Below are positions 12,933-24,440 of a stretch of DNA of 64,000 nucleotides, piece after piece. This DNA is from Lama glama. Lineage: Eukaryota. Made by a program: the position numbers and the translations under genes. Under the pieces are notes generated by a model that was not told the origin of the DNA, did no database searches, and saw only the letters and a list, made by a program, of their open reading frames with translations. The number at the start of each line of letters is the position of its first letter. Position 1 is the stretch's first letter. The DNA lies in contig CM052817.1 of the NCBI GenBank assembly GCA_028534125.1, forward strand, positions 42,968,001 through 43,032,000, written 5' to 3'.

Positions 12933-13949
12933 AAACATTTATTGAGCTCTTACGAGAGTGAGAGCTTTTGCAGAAGTCTTGACTGATCCCACCCCTCCAC
13001 GTGAGAGCTCATCTGCACCGTGTGCCTTTGTCCCAGATTCCCCTTTTACTCTCCCTGCACCCATGCTTTACTGTCTTCCTTCATGGCTGCTGCTGCTATG
13101 ACCCATTTCTCTGTAATGAAATTGTTTCCCAAACTCTAAGGACAAAATTCAAATATACACAAGTCAGGTAACAAAATCTCGCTTTTAAAAAATGCTATAG
13201 AATGTCTGGCTAACTATCAGGTATGCACATGACTTAGAAAAATGGTTTAGGGTTTAATGTCTATGCCTACTGAAACCCTTCCAAGGTTTTTTATCAACGA
13301 GGGCAGCAAAAGAAATAATACTGTCTCCAGTTTCCAGGTGATCCACCCAGCTTCCAGGTACCTCCAGTTCGGTGAGGGAGAGGGTGGACACAGATCCCTA
13401 CAGACCTAAAATAGGATTCTAAAGTGAGCTAAACTGCTTCTCATCAGGACCTTTTATTAATAACCTTTCTGGATTTGATGGATCATGTCAGTAGGACAAA
13501 TAAAAAGCTGTTCTTGTGAATCGAGGGTGGAAGCTCTTCCTTCTCAAGAATCAAAGAGGAGGGACCTAGTCCTACTTTACCTCCCTCTCCAGCTTATTTA
13601 CTCGTGTTGGAAGGGAGCCTCCGGAGCCTCCAAAACAATTAAAGCTGAGTCTGCTGTCTCAGGAGGGGAGGTCTGCATGTGAGAGCCGGCAGGCATGGCG
13701 AAGCCCTTCCACCAGCCAAGTGCTGGCACAAGGTCTATGCTGTGACATTACATGCTAGAGGACAAAATCACAGATGCAAAGGGGGGAAAATTTGAATCCT
13801 GTCCCCCTTCTTTACCTTAGTCTATCCTCTGATCTCTACCTCAAACACCCTCCCCCAAAAATTAAACAAGAAAAGGCAAGCAACGAGCTAAACCCACCAC
13901 TGAGTGTGCACAGGAAGACGGGCTGGAAGGGTAAGTCGTTTCTTTGAGC

Positions 13950-14360
13950 TCATCTCACATGCAGCCAGCTGAATATAAATTTCCCTCTATCTCATCAAGC
14001 TCTCACTGTTTGGCCTCCTCTGACTGATATTGGCTCATCATACTTAATCTAGGGTGAAATTTCCTCGTCTGAGCTAAATTACTCGCAGCCATCAAGGGAA
14101 GCGATATTTATTTTTCGTGGGGCTAATGACCTGTCCCCCAGACCCACCCACTGATGGTTATTTACTGGGGCCCAGATGCTTGAGCTCAAAATGAGTGCTA
14201 ATGTCAGCAGGTGCCATCCCTCATTCAGCTCAGTGATTGAATTGGAGCGATCCCATTGACATTGACTCTGTGACTTTTAAGGCCATTACCCTCAGCCAGA
14301 GATGAACCTCTCATCATGGCTATGACAGTGACAGCTGATTAGCGACAAATTACAAGCAGG
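13950..14360. promoter_or_regulatory. Putative conserved non-coding element / developmental enhancer
   Basis: Repeat-free, retains CpGs, dense homeodomain/TALE/E-box motifs: TGACAGTGACAG 14323-14334, CAGCTG 14332-14337, CAGGTG 14208-14213, TGATTGAA from 14234, several TAAT. Conservation not tested. Confidence 0.5.
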
Positions 14361-15348
14361 AAGGTACAGAGGCTTTAGTGGGCAAGGCAGGACCAGTGGT
14401 GAGGGTGAGGTGTGGGGAGAAAGAGCAGTAGGAAGAGAGAGAGAGAGACGGAGGGACGAGAAGAAGGAAAACATCACACATCCCTCTTCAGTGTGTTGTT
14501 TAATCAATTCTTAGCTATGGCCCCTGAGCATAGTTTTGTTTGGCATCTATTTGTGTATTAAATTCAAACACAAGAGATTCATATGTATGTAAACAGACAC
14601 TCAGGACTCCACACATAAACCTTGAACAGGCAAGAACCCTTATTGGGGAATTTCGGCTGTAAAAGAGAAGAACATTTAAAAAAGAAAAATAATCCAAAGA
14701 CTATTCGGGTACAAAAAAAATTTTCACTAAGCAAAGCAAGTAACTATTTTCTCTCTTTTCTTTTTGTGTATTTGAAAATGCACTGACCCCCCAAAAAAAA
14801 GTCTTTTGGAATTTGTTTACAAACTGTTTTTAGAATTTGCAGCTAGATTGTTTCAGTACAGCCTTATGTGGATTACTGCTTGAAGAACACGGATGTGAAG
14901 TCCTACATAGTATCTTAAACTGAAGCTCATTTTAAAAAGCCATTCAGCTCCTCACAATATTTATTCAGGAGACTTTAAATCAAAACTTTTTGGGGAATTT
15001 TTAATTAAATATGAGTTAAAAATTATTTCCTGAAGATGCTTTAAGTTGAAATGGGTTTTTCTTTGTTTTCTGTCAAGGGAGGTATGGTGTGGATTGGCAT
15101 GGGGTGCTTTGTAGCTTTTCACGTGATTCCAAACCTCCGTGTCCAGAAAGGAAAAGGTTAAGTGAGAATTCTAGACAACTTGAGATTTTGAAAGTCAAAA
15201 CCTGCAGATTCAAAACACATTGACAGTTGTTTGTCACTTATACCTCAATTAAAAAATAATAATAATAAAACAAAAACAACAACAAAAACACTGATTGTTG
15301 AAGCCTCAACACTTGCTAGTACGTAGCAGTTTGGACAAATGCCCTGAG

Positions 15349-15505
15349 GCCTTTCTTTTTTTTAAACACTTTTATTGTGATATGATTCCTGTACAGTATA
15401 CTACACATATTTCAGATGTACAATTTGATGAATTTTGATAATTGTATATACCCATGAAACCACCACCACAATCAAGATAGCTACCATTTCCATCACCCAA
15501 GAGGT
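15349..15505 (-). mobile_element. Short L1-mobilised insertion with L1MB-like tail and perfect 14-bp TSD
   Basis: T-rich tract, then the antisense tail; 'acaaatgccctgag' at 15335-15348 and 15506-15519. Confidence 0.85.
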
Positions 15506-16699
15506 ACAAATGCCCTGAGTTCTGAGTGCTGCATACCATGTGCTGAGGGTGGGGCAGGTGTTCCTGCAGCAGAACAGCCTGGCCCCTTGCTCCTCTGCAG
15601 CCTCCACAGCCCTGCCACAGTTAACCCACCGGTGACAGGAGGGACAACCCCAGCACCCACCCATCGGTGCAATGCAAGGCACTACGAACAAAACCAAGGG
15701 AAAAACTGTAGTGTCCTCCTGCCTTTTGATCTTCATACTTAGTCCCTCTTCTTTCGGTCCTCCTTCCTTCCACAACTATCATCCTCCTTGATTTCACATA
15801 CACTCTCTTGGAAGTACCTGCCACTTGTCCAGGGACCACTCCCAACATACCTGGTAGCAAATAAGATCAAATATATTTTTTTGTGGAAACCGTAACAAAA
15901 TGTAACACCTCTTGCAAAATACTGTCTGCCTGGTTGAAGCTGACTGAAATGTCTGCAAAAATATGAAGGGGATGTGGGGCTGCAGGCCCTCACCAGCTGG
16001 CAAGGGCTGGTTTTACAACATCTCCTCCCAGCTCTGTGGTCAGGGAGCACAGGATGGAAGCTTGACACTGGCCAACATAGGAAAGTTGACAGCACAGAAA
16101 TCAGTAATGCTACAAAATCAAGACCTTTTTTCTTTCCTTTTCCCAGAGAGCCAGTTGTTTAACTTTGACCAGCACACCATGCACGTATTGCTGTCCGTCG
16201 TGCAGAAGCACATTTGAATTCTGGGGCAAGGCCAGCCTTTGCGACATTGGAGTGGGTGGGTAGGGAGAAATATGACTCTGCATTGCATGATTTTCTATCT
16301 TCTTGCTGATAAATCTTCACTGAGAGTTTCCATGACGGATGTGCCTATTTAAGATTGATAGCCAAAGGGCAAGAAGCCTACTTCCTGATAAGTGCTCTTA
16401 CATCCGCACTCATGGTGGAACCAATAAATACTTACTAATCATTGTCTTGTGATGATAAAACATAAAATTTATTCACAGCACTTTTTAGTTTGTCTCAGAT
16501 TTGAAAGGGGCCCTTCTTACCAGAATGGGAATGGTCAAAAAAGACCTCAGCCATCCAGAGGCAATAAAGGAAACTGATGGGTTGCAGCTGCATAAAGTAA
16601 TGAGTTCAGAAATCTTTTGTTCATACTAAACCACAGAAAACGCTGAAGCTTTATTCAAACAGCGAATACTGCTTTTCATTACTGAAGTCACTAAAAACT

Positions 16700-17880
16700 G
16701 TCTTGTCCCTCCATATACACGAGCTCTCCATCTTAACCGGATACTCCTGTGGCCTCAGCTGCCATGTGCATGCTCTGGACTGCACACTCCCTTCTCCAGC
16801 CAGTTCTACCTTTCATACCTACACATCCAGCTGCTTACTGGACAGAAGCACTTGCTTCTCCCACAGGCACCTCATGCTCAACATGGCCCAGGCTAAACTG
16901 ACAGTCATCGGAGGCCCCTGGCAACCCAATCCTCCTCCCATGTTCTCTGTCTCAGACAACGGCCGTACCTTCCACCTGGATTTGCAGGATGAGTAGGATT
17001 CAGCACAGTTTGGGGAGAGGAGTAAGAGAATTTCAGGTGACATGCTTGGGAGCCCGAGGACAAGGGAGAGCACAGCACACTGAAATGACCAAGTACCACT
17101 CAAGAAGTCATCCTTAATGCCTCTTTAGCCCTCACCTTTAACTTCCGCACCAATGAACAATGTAATCCTGCAGATCTTGCCCTCTAAACGTCCCTGTAGT
17201 CCATCCACTTCTCCATCTATGCAGCTACTATGCCCGTTCAAAGCACTGTCACATCTCGCCTTGACTATCCCACAGCCTGCACACTGGTTTTTCCCAGTGT
17301 CTGAACTTATGTTTCTCCACTCTGCTCTCTGATTTCCCACGATGCACTTCCCACAATGACTGGAAATCCCTCTAAAACAAACACCTGACCAGGTCACTCT
17401 CCTGCACAAATCCTTCAGTGGCTTCCAGGACCTTTAACGTGAGCTACAAGCCCTGGCTGACCTGACTCCCGCTGACCTTTCCAGAGTCAATTCCCGATGT
17501 TCCCATATCACGCTCTACGATCGTGCTCTTCTGAATGTCCTTGGGTCATTTCAGTGTGCCGTGCTCTCCCTTGTCCTCGGGCTCCCAAGCATGTCACCTG
17601 AAATACTCTTACTCCTCTCCCCAAACTGTGCTGATTCCTACTCATCCTGCAAATTCAAGGCTAGACAGCACTGCCTGCAGGAAGCTTTCCTTGACCTCTC
17701 AAGGATGGCCGGTGGGATGGCCCCCCTCCTGGATGTTGCAGCAGGGCCCTACAAGCACTTCCCACAATGACTGCTAATCTCCCTGTTTCCTTCTCTAACT
17801 TATAAAGTTTGTTCACTAGTGTATTGTCTATGCCCTGCAAGTGCTGTGCACATAATAAAGACTCGACAAATATTCATCAA
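16700..17880 (+). mobile_element. L2 LINE 3' region
   Basis: L2 motifs 'cccacaggcacctcatgctcaacatggccc', 'gtcactctcctgcacaaatccttcagtggcttcc', 'gcacataataaagactcgacaaatatt'. Confidence 0.8.
16980..17654. repeat. Inverted repeat: 111-bp arms (16980-17090 and 17544-17654), 453-bp spacer
   Basis: Hand alignment of arm 1 with the reverse complement of arm 2 gives 108/111 identities and no gaps. Confidence 0.97.
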
Positions 17881-18764
17881 TTGCCCAGGTGAGCAAAATG
17901 GATTAAAATTAACAATAAGTTCCAGTTATCAAGGCTCCATAGTGAGAGGGCTGTGCCTTCAAGACAAAGTGGGTCTCAGATTTTAAGAGTCCTTAGGCCT
18001 TCCCCACCTCCCCAAATCTTCCCCATCACGTGCTCCTGCTGGCTTTGACTTCACATTTTCAGAAGCTTTGTCCTACACCCTTTCTCTTGGGGACCTGCCA
18101 ACAGTGTCTAACCTGCTCATACCCTGATTTGGGTTCTTCGTGTACCCTATGTTATCCCAGAACCTGACTCTGAGCCCAGAAATCTCAGCCTCACCTTGAT
18201 TACTCTTCTGTGTATACTGACAGCAACTTGAGATCATCTGCTGGGCATTTTTCTTCAAAAGGCAAAAAGCCATCACTTAGTAGTAAAGCAGACACTGAAA
18301 GGCTATTTCAGAGGAATAATTCTTTTCTGACCACAGGATCACATAGCTGTTTTGAGCATTGCATATAGAAGATTTTACTGTCTAAATCTCCTCCTTCAAG
18401 CCCTCTGAGTCATATTTCTCTTGTAGGAAGAGAGAGAGACTAAGTTCTGAGGAACTAAAATTGTATCTGATATTTATAACCAATGTAACTGGGACCACAA
18501 AGTCAAGGCTATGAGCAAAGTAAAAAACTGCACGGGAAAGCCGAGGTGTAAAAAGAGATGAGCCGAGTTCAGAGGATCAGCAAAACAGAATGGGATCAGC
18601 AGCATCTACCCAAATCTGGGTACAAAACCAGAGGAAGATCAAAGCAAAAGAAAGATAAAAATGTTAGGGAATCAAGAGGAAGGTGAAGGCAGTTTCAAGG
18701 CCACACCCTAGAGTGGCCATTTGTTTAAGTCCCCAGGGAAAACTGAGGGTGTGAATTGGTCCAG

Positions 18765-19031
18765 CACAAGGAGGCAGACGCAGAACTCAGATATATGAGA
18801 AACTGTTTGGCATTAACGACTACTTACAGCAGTGTGATCCTGAGTAAGCTACACAACTTCTCTGAACCTTAGTCTCCTTATCCGAAAAAAATGGGATTCA
18901 TTATCATGTATGCCTAATAGATCTATGGGAAGAACTGAGATAATATACAGAAAGTGCTTAGGCCATTACCCGGCAAATATTAAGTGTTTAATGAATAACA
19001 GTGATTATTATTACTATTATTATTATTATTA
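18765..19031 (+). mobile_element. MIR SINE ending in (TAT)n
   Basis: 'tacttacagcagtgtgatcctgagtaagctacacaacttctctgaaccttagtctcctt...aaagtgcttaggcc'; TAT repeat at about 19004-19031. Confidence 0.8.
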
Positions 19032-20929
19032 CCATTTAGGTTGAAATTAATTCAGAAAGTGGCCCAGATCACACCCATATATTTTTCTCCATGTACCAAC
19101 AGTATTAGTTAAAACTTATCCCAAGAATTCCTAGGCCCGTTGACCTACCTTTGGTAGGTCAATAATTAAATCACCCTGTTCCCCATTCCTAAGTTTGGAA
19201 GTAATGGAGAAATAGATGTATAATTCAGACAGATGGAAATCGAAACATCAATTGTATTACTGGCAAAATCAGGCTGTAGAACATGGATGAGATTTTCAGC
19301 CATAAACCTGGCTGGCACTTCCTTGAATCAGACTTGTACATCTGGACACAGGCATCTGGACCAGCACAGGGCAGAGCTGTGCTGCCAAGTTCACTGCCAA
19401 GCGAGGTGATCTGACAGGGGCACACCCTCTGTGCAGGCTTGGGAGGGTCTGGGCAACGCTGTTTGCTTCTTCTCCCAACTCACTTGTCAAAGCAGGCTCT
19501 CCTCCTTCTCCAGGGGTAAAGAGGGGCCAGGAGGGATCCACAGCTCCCCTGATCAAGCCCCTCCCTGGAGACAGGAGTGGGGAATAAATGCTCCCACCTA
19601 ACATGGTCACAGCCACTGTGCCCTCCAAATGCTTGGTTCAGATCCTACCTTAGAATATGTATTGTCTCAGTCCACAGAAATCCATGGACCTATCAACAGC
19701 CTAACTTTGCTTTCTTGAAAGAAAGCACTATTACACTATTTGAGTGAATAACTTGCTGTGAGAGACACTGAAGGACTGGACACTTTCCACAATGGAAATT
19801 TCCTTGCACATCCTTGTCCCCTGCAGCCATTTCTCCCTACCATCTTGCACCTGGGCTTGGCCCCTAATGCTTCCTCTCCAGCCCTCCCGATTAATCCAAA
19901 TTGCTCAATAATCGTTGATCATCCATGGAATAAATTCTGTCTCCTCTGAGAACTGTCCTTAACCAAATGTTCCAGAAACTAGCTGAACTTCTGCTAGCCC
20001 CCACCCACTAAAGCCTTATCAAACATTCCACAACTTTCTGCAAGTTAAAACACCCCATCAGAGTTTCCCCAAGCTTGACATTCTCAAATAAAGACCCAGG
20101 CTAATGGTGCTCTGGTTTATCTTCTTCCACATTGGTTTTCTCTATTGGATCATTCTACTAGATTCATGATATCAAACTGGACCATGTTCAATATCATTAT
20201 AATGCATCTTAAATGCAATATATGCATCTATCAAACCTTAGAGAAGTAGAAAATTCTAGGCTGACTGAGAGAAAGTGGCTATTGGCTTCACAAGTAAACC
20301 AAGTTACCTTAAGTGTCCCCTTGTGGTCTGACGCTGATAACCGCCTATTTAATTGTGGCCTTCTCAGCAAATTCAAACAGTTTAATCTATTAACCTCATT
20401 GTGATTTTAAGCTTGACATGGCAAAATGATGTGTTAGAGGTTTCACCCCAAAAAAACCCAAGGATGATGAATAAAAAAAAAATTGACTACACTAGCATAA
20501 TCAAATCAACATAATCCATTGTGTGCAGTACTCATTGCTTCAACAAGTCAAAAGATTCCTTGCTTACAACCTATTTTGTGCAGGAAAAATCAAATGGTAG
20601 AATATGACAATAGTGATGCAGTCTGTGGTGCTTCAGATGGCCGGGCAGTGAAACCATCCCCGAGTCACTGAGTCCAGACTGCTTAAAGTTAAAGCAGTAG
20701 TATTATCAGAGAATGAGGAGAGAATGAGCCTGTGGCCCCATGCGGGGCCCATTCACCATGGTGTGTTTGTGAGACCGAGTATCCGAATAAGATAATGTTC
20801 TCCTCACCATTTTGACTGGTCAATTTGGATGACATATTTTGGGCATCTCTGCTGATTCCATGACTGCAACTTGTACACCGTCCACAAATCCCCATCTGCA
20901 GCTACAGATGGTCCACATTTTTTTCCCAG

Positions 20930-20998
20930 TGTTTATAACAGCTCTTGGAGGTGGGGGTGGGGAGAATGAAGGTTTCGCAGCCAAGCTGCCCTCGTCAG
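20930..20998 (+). other. Candidate 69-nt frame-preserving exon
   Basis: TTTTTTTCCCAG| 69 nt ending CAG |GTGAGT; only one frame is open ((V)FITALGGGGGENEGFAAKLPSS); product not recognised. Confidence 0.25.
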
Positions 20999-21237
20999 GT
21001 GAGTGTTCAGTCCTACTGAACTACAGCGCGTCCAAAAAGCTAATTTACGGGCCTATACTAATTCAGTGCTGGCAAAACATGTCCCAAGAATTACACTGCA
21101 GATATAGACAAACGGTACCTAGCAGGAAGTCATCTTTGGTACATTGCATACCATTGATCTTTAGAAACTGTTGATTGCAGGGATGCTTTCCTTTCAGAAT
21201 AATTTACATTTCCAAATATGGCTTGGATACCATAAAG

Positions 21238-21439
21238 CTGTGCCCTCCAATACAATAGCCATTAGCCACACTTGGTTATTAAAGTAACTAACACTTAATA
21301 ATACTAAAAATTCAGTTCTTCCATCACACTAGACACACATAAAGGACTCAATAGCCACATGTGGCTTGTGGCTACCGCACCGGACTACACAGAAACAGAG
21401 CACTTCTATTACCACAGAAACTTCTATTGGATAGTGCTG
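21238..21439. mobile_element. MER3-like hAT-Charlie DNA transposon
   Basis: About 200 bp; 'ctgtgccctccaata...aatagccacatgtggcttgtggctacc...ctattggatagtgctg' with TIR-like ends. Confidence 0.85.
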
Positions 21440-21829
21440 TCTATGAGGAAAACGGCTTTATCAACAGTGAATATTTTTCCATAATTTTTATCGACTCTCA
21501 ACACCTCTTAAGTTGCCCAGTGCTTTTTTTTCCTTTCCCACAAACATCTTACAAGAGATTTTTATAATAGGATCAACGGCTTCTTTTTGGAAGGCACCAG
21601 AATGACAGTCCTAAAATATCCTGAAAACCTGTGGTGACCCATTGTCTCCAGACAATTAAATAACCAAATACTAGGTTTGAGACTCTTGCTTTCTTCATGG
21701 AACTGAGATGACATGTAGACTTAGAATGGCTGTATTGCTCAATTGACTTCCTCTCCTTTGGCCAGTTCACATTTATTAACAGCTAACTGGGAAGGACCTC
21801 CTGGTCTACCTTACTTAATGAGCATATTA

Positions 21830-22040
21830 GCCAGCAGAATGCTAAGCATTCCCTATTCTAACCGTCACAACACAGGTGTATTGTTCTTATCTTATCCACA
21901 TCCCAGTTTCATTTATGAGAAAATTAATATTGAGAGAAGTTAGCTTATTGACTTATTAAAATAATTCAGCAGAGCCAAGACATAGGCCAGGTCTATCTGA
22001 CAACACTCTTTGCCTCTAACTACCAGGGAAGACTGTCTCT
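21830..22040 (-). mobile_element. Decayed MIR
   Basis: 'gctaagcatt...tcacaacac...gagaaaattaatattgagagaagttag...cagagccaag...aggtctatctgac'. Confidence 0.55.
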
Positions 22041-23439
22041 TGTTGAGTTAGAAGCCTTATGAAAGCTCATGGGAGCTTATCCAAACAACGCATCAGTGAG
22101 CACACTTGTATTATGATCCCTTAATTCTTTCCATGGAGTTTATGATGCAAGAAAGAAACATGCTCTAGTAGCTACACCAATCATTGCTTTCAAATCTGAT
22201 ACTTTTTAACTCTACCCAGAATCACGCGTAAGTGAGGAAAACTTCCCATAAATCCAGGGAAATCCTTAATTGCTCACCTGGCACTGCAAATGACAATAGC
22301 TTACACTCATAAACACAAACAAAAAAGTTAGGCAAATAATGTTTACAGCTTTTATCTTTTGTTGGTGGATAGTTTCCCCTGCTCCCTTCTTTTCAAAAAA
22401 GAAATATAACTGATGTTAAAAAATTGTATGTAATAAACACGTTAAGAGATAACTGAAAGAAAAGTCTGCCATTTCTCCATCAAGGGTTTAATCATGTAGT
22501 TTTTCACAAGAAAACTGACTCACATTGTTGGTGTCATTAACAAAATTTCCCTTCTGCCAACTGTTGTACTTTTTGTTTTGTGCCAGTTGGCTGCTGTCTT
22601 CGATAGCTAAGGCAGCTGCATTTCAGCAGAGAAAGAGGCACAGAGAGATTAAAAAGCCTACTAGGATTTCTCAAAATAAAAGGAGTTGTGTGCCTGTGTG
22701 TACACACAAAAAGGGTGTAAATAAACCTTCTCTTGCAAAGGTATAGGGCTTATGTCATAAGAGAGAGTATAGACAAGCTAATGGAAACCTTTAAGGAGAA
22801 AACCTCAGAACAGTATAGCTACCTCTTGAGTTTAGTCTTGTCATCTTCGGGTGAAAAATGATACTTTTATTATTGCTGATGTTATTACCCTACTTTAAAT
22901 CTGTGTCACTGTCACACAGGACACTATCACAAAGGACAGCCCTGTATGACTAGTTCCAAAGGGGAACTAGTCACATGAAAGAGATCATATATTTGTATAT
23001 TTATTTAAATAATGAAGTAAATTATCCTTTAAAAAACCAAGATATTATGATAATTTTCCATCAAATGATAGCAAAGTTTTTGAGGAAAGGGTGCCTTTTA
23101 AAATACATTCGAAGTTGACACAGGAGCTAGTTAGTGGTTGTTTTTAAATAATTCTACATATTTAATAATTCTACATATCTCATCCTTTTTTTAAGATAGA
23201 CGAATACACTTGTTAACATTTTGATTGAGTCTTTTATCCCAGGAAGGTACTTTTAAACTTTTAATTAAAATAAAACATATTCAAGGACCTGATTATTTGA
23301 ATCATTATAAACCTGCAAATCATTAAAGTGTTCATTTATTCATTCATCCATCCAACAGGTATTTGTTAAATGTCTTTTATGAGCCTGGCAACATGCTAGG
23401 TACTGGGCATTTAACAATAGTTAAAATTCAAGGTGGCTT

Positions 23440-24440
23440 TAAGTTGATAAATGTAAAGCAATACTTAAAAAATGCCAAAAAGGCTTTTTGTAGAACTAAA
23501 CAGATTTATAAAAAGTTCACATTTTAAAAATAAGCATGCAAGAATAATTATAAAAGTAATGGAAAAAGAGCTATCTAGGGAGAAAACATACGAGATATTA
23601 AACATACTATAAATAAAACAGAAGACTCTGGCACATGACTAGTTAGATGAAAAGAATAGAATAGAAAATCCAGAAACAGACTCAAATACACATGGATATT
23701 TACTATATAATATAGTATCATATATAATATAGGTATCATGGGCATAGATATAGTTTTTAATAATTATTTTGGTATTACAGAATATTTGGAAAAAGATAAA
23801 ATAGAATATTTCACATCATATACAAAAATGAATTCCAGTGAATCAGATCTAATGTAAAAAAAAAAAGAAAGAAACTATACATATACTAGAAGAAATTAAG
23901 TGGGAAAAAACTTTCTAACTATGACTTTAAAATCCAGGTTCAATAAAAGAAAATAATGATTATTTATTATTATTATTATAAATTTATTACATATGAGTTT
24001 AAGAAAATATCATTAGCAAAATAAAAAAATCAGGGGAAAATAGTTACAAACATAAAGTGGGAAAAGAGTTAATGTCTCTAGTAAATAAAGAACTCTTAAA
24101 AACAGGGAAAGACTCAGAAACCTGATAGAAAGATGGGCAAAATATATAAGTAGACAACTGACAAAAAATTATTAAAAGATGACACATAAACATGTGAAAA
24201 GATGTTCAACTTCACTTATATATAAAAAAGAGAGAAAAATTAAAACTACACTGAATATTTCTCACCTGATCAAGGAGAAAAAAATTCAAAAGCTTGACAG
24301 CATAATGTGTTGGCGAGGCTGTGGGGAAACAGACATTCTGATACATTACTGCTGGAAATGAAGAACAGTGCATAATGGGAAGGGAAGTTTACCAATATCT
24401 AAAAAAAAAACCTAAAAATATCTAAAAATCACTGTGCAAT
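23440..24440 (+). mobile_element. Old L1M ORF2 3' fragments
   Basis: 'aatagaatagaaaatccagaaacagactcaaatacaca', 'aaacatgtgaaaagatgttcaacttcac', 'tgttggcgaggctgtggggaaacagacattctgatacatt'. Confidence 0.85.

Noticed and set aside
16819..17777. ORF pairs with near-identical peptides on opposite strands (16819-17103 vs 17561-17770; 16905-17099 vs 17535-17777)
   Set aside because: By-product of the inverted duplication within L2, not duplicated genes.
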